From NCBI GenBank assembly GCA_016712745.1, contig JADJQN010000001.1, positions 1,879,086-1,943,085 of the forward strand: 64,000 nt of DNA. The letters are read 5' to 3'. Both the position numbers and the translations under genes were made by a program. Shown one piece after another: positions 58,525 through 64,000 of the stretch. The notes under the pieces are model-generated. The model saw only the letters and a list, made by a program, of their open reading frames with translations. It made no database searches and was not told the DNA's origin. Each line of letters opens with the position of its first letter. The stretch's first letter is position 1. This DNA is from Sandaracinaceae bacterium (GTDB lineage: Bacteria > Myxococcota_A > Polyangia > Polyangiales > JADJQN01).

Positions 58525-59727
58525 TCACGTGCGGGGGGCGCGGGTGTGGGGGTGAAGATTGGCGATCGTTTCGTCCTCCGGCTCGAGCAACGCGGCGCGC
58601 GTGACTCCTTGTTTGCCGAAGCGGTCACGTAGAGCTTGGGTCGCAGTCTCGATAGCTCGGCCGCGGACGATGCGTTCGTCGGGAAAAAGCGATTGTGGAG
58701 CGCTCGCCTGCGCGAAGTCGGACATCGACACTCCCGTGAGACGCACACGCTTGCCGGCGATCGGAATGCGCGAGAGTAGCTCGCGGGCGGCGTGGAAGAT
58801 GGAGTCGGTGTCGCAGACCGCTTCGCGTAGTGTGAGTTGGCGCGAAACGGCCGTAAAATCCGAGTATTTGATCTTTACGCTCACGCAACGCGCGACGAGC
58901 TCTTCGCGCACGAGACGAGACGCGACGCGCGCGGACTGTGCGAGCAGATAGTGCTCCATCGATGCGCGGTCCGTTAAATCTTGCTCGAACGTTTCTTCCG
59001 CTCCAATGGATTTGGCATCACCGTCGGCAATCACGTCGCGATCGTCTTGGCCGCGTGCAAGTTGGTTGATGTACGCACCCCAACTGCCAAGCAGGTACTC
59101 AAGATGCTGCGCGTCCGCGCGGGCCAAGTCGCCAATCGTACTGTATCCCGCGTCGCGCACGCGTTTGGCCGTCTTGGGACCGATCCCCCACATGCGCTCG
59201 ACGGGCAAAGGAGCCAAAAAGGCAGCGACGTCGTCGGGCACCACAACAAGCCCGTCAGGTTTGCGCAGATCGCTCGCTATCTTCGCGACAAACTTGCAGT
59301 GGGCCACACCCGCGGAGGCTGTGAGTCCCGTCTCGGCGCGAATTGCGTCCTTGATCTGGCGCGCGATTTCCTCGCCCCTGCCGAAGAGTCGTTGGCTACC
59401 TGTCACGTCAAGGAAAGCCTCGTCGAGTGAAAGGCCTTCCACGAGCGGCGTATAACGTCGAAAGATACCGAAGATGCTGCGGCTCACTTCCGCGTAGCGA
59501 GCATGGCGCGGCGCAACGACGATGCCTTCTGGGCATTTGCGCATCGCCTCGACCATAGGCATGGCTGACCGCACGCCAAATGGACGCGCCTCGTACGATG
59601 CTGCGCACACGATGCCCCGCTTGGACGGGCCGCCCACGATGACAGGCTTACCGCGCAGCTCCGGCCGGTCGTGCTGTTCGACTGAGGCGTAATACGCGTC
59701 CATGTCGACGTGGAGAATCTGGCGCAT
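58525..59727 (-). CDS. dinB: DNA polymerase IV (Y-family)
   Basis: MRQILHVDMDAYYASVEQ..., SLDEAFLDVT. I trimmed the tracked 461-aa ORF to ATG 59727 (alternative 59775). Confidence 0.88.
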   Translation of the reverse strand: MRQILHVDMDAYYASVEQHDRPELRGKPVIVGGPSKRGIVCAASYEARPFGVRSAMPMVEAMRKCPEGIVVAPRHARYAEVSRSIFGIFRRYTPLVEGLSLDEAFLDVTGSQRLFGRGEEIARQIKDAIRAETGLTASAGVAHCKFVAKIASDLRKPDGLVVVPDDVAAFLAPLPVERMWGIGPKTAKRVRDAGYSTIGDLARADAQHLEYLLGSWGAYINQLARGQDDRDVIADGDAKSIGAEETFEQDLTDRASMEHYLLAQSARVASRLVREELVARCVSVKIKYSDFTAVSRQLTLREAVCDTDSIFHAARELLSRIPIAGKRVRLTGVSMSDFAQASAPQSLFPDERIVRGRAIETATQALRDRFGKQGVTRAALLEPEDETIANLHPHTRAPRT

Positions 59728-59756
59728 CACTTCAACTTCGTTCGCGCGAAGAGCAT

Positions 59757-62700
59757 TTACGGAGGAGTAATCCATGTTGGGTCGCTCGCGTCCACCGCGC
59801 CCATCGTGACGCCGAGATATCCGGCAGGTCCCGCGCTCGCGGCCGCAGTGTCGCCACTGCCATCGTTGAAGCGCCAGCCGCCAGCCATTCCTGCGGGCGC
59901 GGCAGTCCACATGTCCGTCCGGATCTGTGCCGCCGTTCGACCCGTTCCAAAGACGCGCGCGCTGTGCATTCGTCCATCGAGATTGCTCTGAGTGAGGTTG
60001 ACGGTCTCTCTGCCGAAGAACAAAGGCCCGCCTACCGATGAGACATCTGCTGTCGCGCCGTAGGATCCCGTGCTCACTCCGTCGAGATAGAGATCAATCA
60101 CGCCGCTCACCCGCGAGACCGCCAGGTGATGCCAGGTGGCGTCGAAAATATTCGTGGCATCCCAGAAGCGTCCAAAGAACGAATAATTGACGCCGCCCAT
60201 CTGCACGCGCGGTTGCGGTTGGCCGGCGCAGCCGTCTCGGCAAACGTAGAAGAGAAAGCCATTGCCCGAGGTGCTGCGCTTGGACGCGATGGTCGGAAAG
60301 CGCTGGCTTTGCGTCGTCGCAAATTGGACCCATGCCTCAACCGTAAAATCGCCGCTCCCGAAGTTGAGCGCCGTCGCGTCCGGCACCGTCACCCTGTCGT
60401 CGGCAACGAACGAGAGCGCGCGCGTCTGCGCTAAGCAGACCGCGAAAGCCGTTCCACTGCCGTCACACGTCACGAGTGGAACGTTGGTCGCCGCTACTCC
60501 ATTGAACCCCGTATCGGCACTCGAGAGGGTTCCGAGCACCACATTGTAGTACTGCGTACCGTCCGAGATGGCGTCGGCGATGCCTGTCACCGTTACGGTT
60601 TGCGGCGTGCTCCAGTTTGCACTTGTGAATGTAAGCGACCCAGGGCTCACACTCGCTTCCGTCGTATCTCCGCTCGTCACTGTCATCGAGACGTTCGCCG
60701 TGGGCGCCTGGCTCAACTTAACCGCAAATGTCGCCTGCGCCCCGCTCTCGGTCGTGCCGAGGGCGCTCGATGCTTTCCAGAGCACAAAGCCGCGGTCGTT
60801 GTCGAGATTGGTGACGCTGACATCGCTCGGATTGAATCCGTTGTAGCCCGTGTCCGAGCTAACGCACGGTGCGGTAACTACCGTGTACGCGATGCTGCCG
60901 TCGACGACAGCGTCATCCACGCCGGACACCACAATTGTCTGTGGCACGTTCCAGCTTGTGGTCGTAAAGGTCAGCGATGTTGGACTAACGGTTCCTTCAG
61001 CCGCGTTGCTGCTCGACACAGAGACACTCACGCTCGCCGTGGGCTGGCTGGTAAGCACCATCGTGAAGGTCGCGACGCGCAAGTACTCCTGGGTCTGCAA
61101 TCCCGATGTCGGCGTTACCGTCACGCCCACCGTATCGTTGTCATTGTTGGTCACGGCAACGTCGGCAGGATTGAATCCGTTGTACGCGGCATCCGCGCTC
61201 ACTCCTGCTGCGGTTACAATCGTGTACATCTTAGCCCCGTCCGCTACCGAGTCGTTCTGGCCGACCACGGCAATGGTCTGCGCAACGTTCCAGCTGGCAG
61301 TCGTGAAAGTCACGCTCGAAGGGCTCACAATGCCTTCGGCAGTATTCGTGCTTGAAAGGCCGAACGTCACGCTCGCTGTCGGTTGCGAGGTAAGCACCAT
61401 CGTGAATGACGCCGACGATCCAGACTCGCTCGTTACCAATCCGCTGCTCGGAGTAACGGTCACGCCCAACGCGTCGTTGTCTGTGTTCGTAACTGTCACG
61501 TCAGTCACAGCGCGCGCACTGTAGCCCGGGTCGGTACTCACTGCCGCACCGGTCACAACCACATACGCGACCGAGCCATCGACAATGAAATCGTTCACCC
61601 CAGTCACGGTAACTGTCCGAGCCGTTGCCCAGTTGGCACTCGTGAAGGCAAGCGAGGCTGGGCTCACTGTTCCTTCGGTCGTATCACTACTCGATAGCGC
61701 AATCGTCACGTTGGCCGTCGGTTGCGAGGTCAGTACAACGGAGAACGTGGCTGTGGTGCCCGCTTCACTTGTGACAAGGCCGCTCGTGGGCGTGACTGTG
61801 ATCCCGGCAACGTCGTTGTCCAGGTTGGTCACCGAAACGTCGGCGACAACGCGGCCACTATAGCCAGCGTCGGTGCTGACGCAGGCGCCCGTGACGATCG
61901 CGTACGCGACGCTCCCGTCGGCAACGGCGTCATTCACTCCGGTCACAGTCACCGTTTGAGCGCTGCTCCAGTTGGCACTCGTAAACGTTACGCTAGCGGG
62001 GCTCACGGTTCCCTCCGCCGTATTGCTACTCATCAATGAGATTGTGACGTTCGCAGTCGGCTGCGATGCAAGCACGATGGAGAAGGTGGCGGTGCCGGAA
62101 GCCTCCGTCGTCATCAGCCCGGCGGTGGGGCTCACCGTCACGCCCGGCGCGTCGTTGTCATTGTTCGTGACTGACACGTCGCTCGGATTTCTCGCGCTGT
62201 AGTTCGCGTCCGTGCTCACCGCAGCTGCCGTGACAATGGTGTATGCGATGTTTCCGTCGGCGACCGAATCATTCACGCCGGTCACGGTGACCGTGCGCGC
62301 GGCGTTCCAGTTTGCAGTGGTGAAAACGAGCGATGCGGGGCTCACGGTTCCTTCCGCGGCATTGCTACTCGTCATGTTGATCGTCACGCTGGCAGTGGGC
62401 TGTGAGCTCAGGACCACCGTGAAGCTTGCGGTGCCGCCCGCTTCACTTGTGACGAGACCCGCGGTGGGCGTGACGCTAATGCCGGCTGTGTCGTTATCGG
62501 TATTGGAAACGCTGACGTCAGCGACAACGAGATTGTTGTAGACCGCATCGGAGCTGCCGGCGTTGCTCGTCACGATGGTGTACGCAACCGTTCCATCGAC
62601 AACGAAATCGTTCACGCCAGTCACCGTGACGGTCTGCGCGACGTTCCAGTTCGCCGAGGTGAATGTGGTCGCGGACGGGGCGACAGTTCCCTCGGCAGCG

Positions 62701-64000
62701 TTGCTGCTGCTCAGGGAGACAACGACGTTGGCCGTCGGCTGCGACGTAAGCACGACCGTGAACGTCGCAGTGCCCCCGGCTTCTGTCGTGACCAGACCAC
62801 TGGTCGGCGCGACAACTACGCCCGCCATGTCGTTGTCGATGTTGCTCAGCGTGACGTCGGTAGGATTGACGCCGTTGTACGTCGTGTCTCCACTCGTCAC
62901 CGCAGCGGTCACGACGCTGTAAACGACGTTGCCGTCGGCGATTAGGTCATCGACGCCCGTGACGGTCACCGTCTGCGCCATGTTCCAGTTGCTCATCGAG
63001 AAGCTCAGTGAGGCCGGGCTCATCGTGCCTTCCGTTGCGTCACTGCTTGCCAGGTTGATGGTGACGCTGGCCGTAGGCTGCGACGTCAGCCGCACGGTGA
63101 ACGTTGTCGTGGCGCCCGCCTCGCTCGTGCTCAGCCCAGTCGTTGGCGTAACAGTGACTCCGACAACGTCGTTGTCGAGATTGGTCACTGTTACATCCGC
63201 GGCGTCTCGGCCGTTGTATGTTGGATCCGTACTCGTGGCCGCTGCCGTGATGATGTGGTAAACGCGATTTCCGTCGGCCGTAAGATCATCGAGACCGGTA
63301 ACGGTGACCGTCTGCTGTGTGTTCCAGTTGAGCGCTGTGAACGTGAGGAGCGACGGGCTCGCGCTGCCTTCAAGGGGCACATCGGACGAAACCGAAACGC
63401 TAACATCGAACGTGGGCTCGGAATTTAGTGCGATGGTGAACGTCGCCGTGCCACCGGCTTCGGTCGTCATGAGTCCCGTGATGGGCGTCACGGTAATGCC
63501 GGGCGTTTCGTTGTCCGTGTTGGTGAGCGTTGCACGCTGATCGGCAAGCGCGGCATACGCCGCATCTCCGCTCGTCGTCACATGAACGACAACGAAGTAG
63601 GATTGGTCGCCATCGGCAACGGCGTCGTTCACACCGGTGACGGTGACGGTCTGTGGCGTGTTCCAGTTGCTCGTCGAGAAGCTCAGCGTCGCTGGCGCCA
63701 CGGTTCCCTCCGTGGTGTCCGAACTCGTAACGCTTAGCGCGACACTCGACAACGGTTCGGAGCGCAGCACCACTGTAAAGCTTGCAGTCGTCGCGCCTTC
63801 GCTCGTGACGAGACCCGTCATCGGCGAAACTTCGAAGCCTGCAGATTCGTCATCGGTATTGCTTGCCGCGACATCAGGCCCGCTCAACCCCGAGTACTCC
63901 GAGTCGCTACTCGAGGCGGGCCCCACAAGGACGCGGTACGGCTGGTCGCCATCGGCAACCGAGTCGTTCACGCCCGTGACCAAGACCGCTTGCGGGACGT
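59757..64000 (-). CDS. Giant secreted adhesin-like protein with tandem beta-sandwich (Calx-beta/Ig-like) repeats and a C-terminal LamG/concanavalin-like domain; the N-terminus lies beyond the window end
   Basis: There are 10 complete and 1 partial copies of a 113-aa unit, consensus roughly GVTVTPTSGLVTSEAGGTATFTVVLTSQPTANVTISLSSSxxxEGTVSPASLTFTSANWNxAQTVTVTGVNDxVADGxxAYTIVTxxxxSxDxxYxxxxxxDVSVTNxDND. The final 231 aa (ALNFGSGDFTVEAWVQF...WHHLAVS...LYLDG) are Laminin_G_3-like. The ORF stays open to position 64000. Confidence 0.8.
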   Translation of the reverse strand, partial: VPQAVLVTGVNDSVADGDQPYRVLVGPASSSDSEYSGLSGPDVAASNTDDESAGFEVSPMTGLVTSEGATTASFTVVLRSEPLSSVALSVTSSDTTEGTVAPATLSFSTSNWNTPQTVTVTGVNDAVADGDQSYFVVVHVTTSGDAAYAALADQRATLTNTDNETPGITVTPITGLMTTEAGGTATFTIALNSEPTFDVSVSVSSDVPLEGSASPSLLTFTALNWNTQQTVTVTGLDDLTADGNRVYHIITAAATSTDPTYNGRDAADVTVTNLDNDVVGVTVTPTTGLSTSEAGATTTFTVRLTSQPTASVTINLASSDATEGTMSPASLSFSMSNWNMAQTVTVTGVDDLIADGNVVYSVVTAAVTSGDTTYNGVNPTDVTLSNIDNDMAGVVVAPTSGLVTTEAGGTATFTVVLTSQPTANVVVSLSSSNAAEGTVAPSATTFTSANWNVAQTVTVTGVNDFVVDGTVAYTIVTSNAGSSDAVYNNLVVADVSVSNTDNDTAGISVTPTAGLVTSEAGGTASFTVVLSSQPTASVTINMTSSNAAEGTVSPASLVFTTANWNAARTVTVTGVNDSVADGNIAYTIVTAAAVSTDANYSARNPSDVSVTNNDNDAPGVTVSPTAGLMTTEASGTATFSIVLASQPTANVTISLMSSNTAEGTVSPASVTFTSANWSSAQTVTVTGVNDAVADGSVAYAIVTGACVSTDAGYSGRVVADVSVTNLDNDVAGITVTPTSGLVTSEAGTTATFSVVLTSQPTANVTIALSSSDTTEGTVSPASLAFTSANWATARTVTVTGVNDFIVDGSVAYVVVTGAAVSTDPGYSARAVTDVTVTNTDNDALGVTVTPSSGLVTSESGSSASFTMVLTSQPTASVTFGLSSTNTAEGIVSPSSVTFTTASWNVAQTIAVVGQNDSVADGAKMYTIVTAAGVSADAAYNGFNPADVAVTNNDNDTVGVTVTPTSGLQTQEYLRVATFTMVLTSQPTASVSVSVSSSNAAEGTVSPTSLTFTTTSWNVPQTIVVSGVDDAVVDGSIAYTVVTAPCVSSDTGYNGFNPSDVSVTNLDNDRGFVLWKASSALGTTESGAQATFAVKLSQAPTANVSMTVTSGDTTEASVSPGSLTFTSANWSTPQTVTVTGIADAISDGTQYYNVVLGTLSSADTGFNGVAATNVPLVTCDGSGTAFAVCLAQTRALSFVADDRVTVPDATALNFGSGDFTVEAWVQFATTQSQRFPTIASKRSTSGNGFLFYVCRDGCAGQPQPRVQMGGVNYSFFGRFWDATNIFDATWHHLAVSRVSGVIDLYLDGVSTGSYGATADVSSVGGPLFFGRETVNLTQSNLDGRMHSARVFGTGRTAAQIRTDMWTAAPAGMAGGWRFNDGSGDTAAASAGPAGYLGVTMGAVDASDPTWITPP
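60453..64000 (-). repeat. Tandem coding repeat array, period 339 bp (113 codons), at least 10.4 copies
   Basis: I counted the units directly in the translated ORF. The copies are diverged at the nucleotide level but keep recurrent strings (for example the reverse complements of ACGGTCACCGTGACC-type motifs encoding TVTVTG). Confidence 0.8.

Noticed and set aside
60453-64000. The 339-bp periodicity as a CRISPR array or satellite
   Set aside because: The periodicity lies entirely within one open reading frame and encodes a protein domain repeat. There is no repeat-spacer structure.

Overview
High-GC, GC3-rich bacterial chromosomal segment. The gene content suggests a Myxococcota-like or deltaproteobacterial organism: a eukaryote-like Ser/Thr kinase, many Cys-rich lipoproteins, TPR proteins and a MoxR/DUF58 operon. 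This taxonomic guess is inference only. I can support about 57 protein-coding genes and 2 tRNAs (Arg-TCT, Pro-TGG). I see no rRNA, CRISPR array, IS element or integrase. Most of the window is housekeeping or metabolism: ahcY with a SahR-like regulator, boxC/boxB, argS, gpmI, an aconitase-family gene, a biotin carboxylase, rph, rdgB, ppk1, pyrG, dinB, an acyl-CoA dehydrogenase, an acyl-CoA ligase and an M16 peptidase pair. Many long ORFs in the track are antisense artefacts of the high GC, and several tracked ORFs needed their 5' ends trimmed. The stand-out is a minus-strand operon at about 4.6-7.6 kb whose five genes are linked by consecutive ATGA stop/start overlaps. In order they are an S24/S26-fold peptidase with Cys/His at the Ser/Lys dyad positions, an HprK-like P-loop kinase, a PqqD-like RRE protein, a radical SAM/SPASM enzyme and a 60-aa two-Cys ORF ending in Ser. 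An M50-TPR protease follows 44 nt downstream. This looks like a RiPP-type peptide maturation system with an unusual enzyme combination. About 8 kb away (14.6-17.3 kb) a second rSAM/SPASM gene is coupled to a small TM ORF, a lipoprotein and a PF14907-type nucleotidyltransferase, and may be the other half of the same system. Other points of note are an in-frame TAG splitting an M16 peptidase gene, a domain-permuted aconitase-family protein, tandem Cys-rich lipoprotein paralogues, and a giant adhesin-like protein (open at the window end) with at least 10 tandem 113-aa repeats plus a LamG-like C-terminus.
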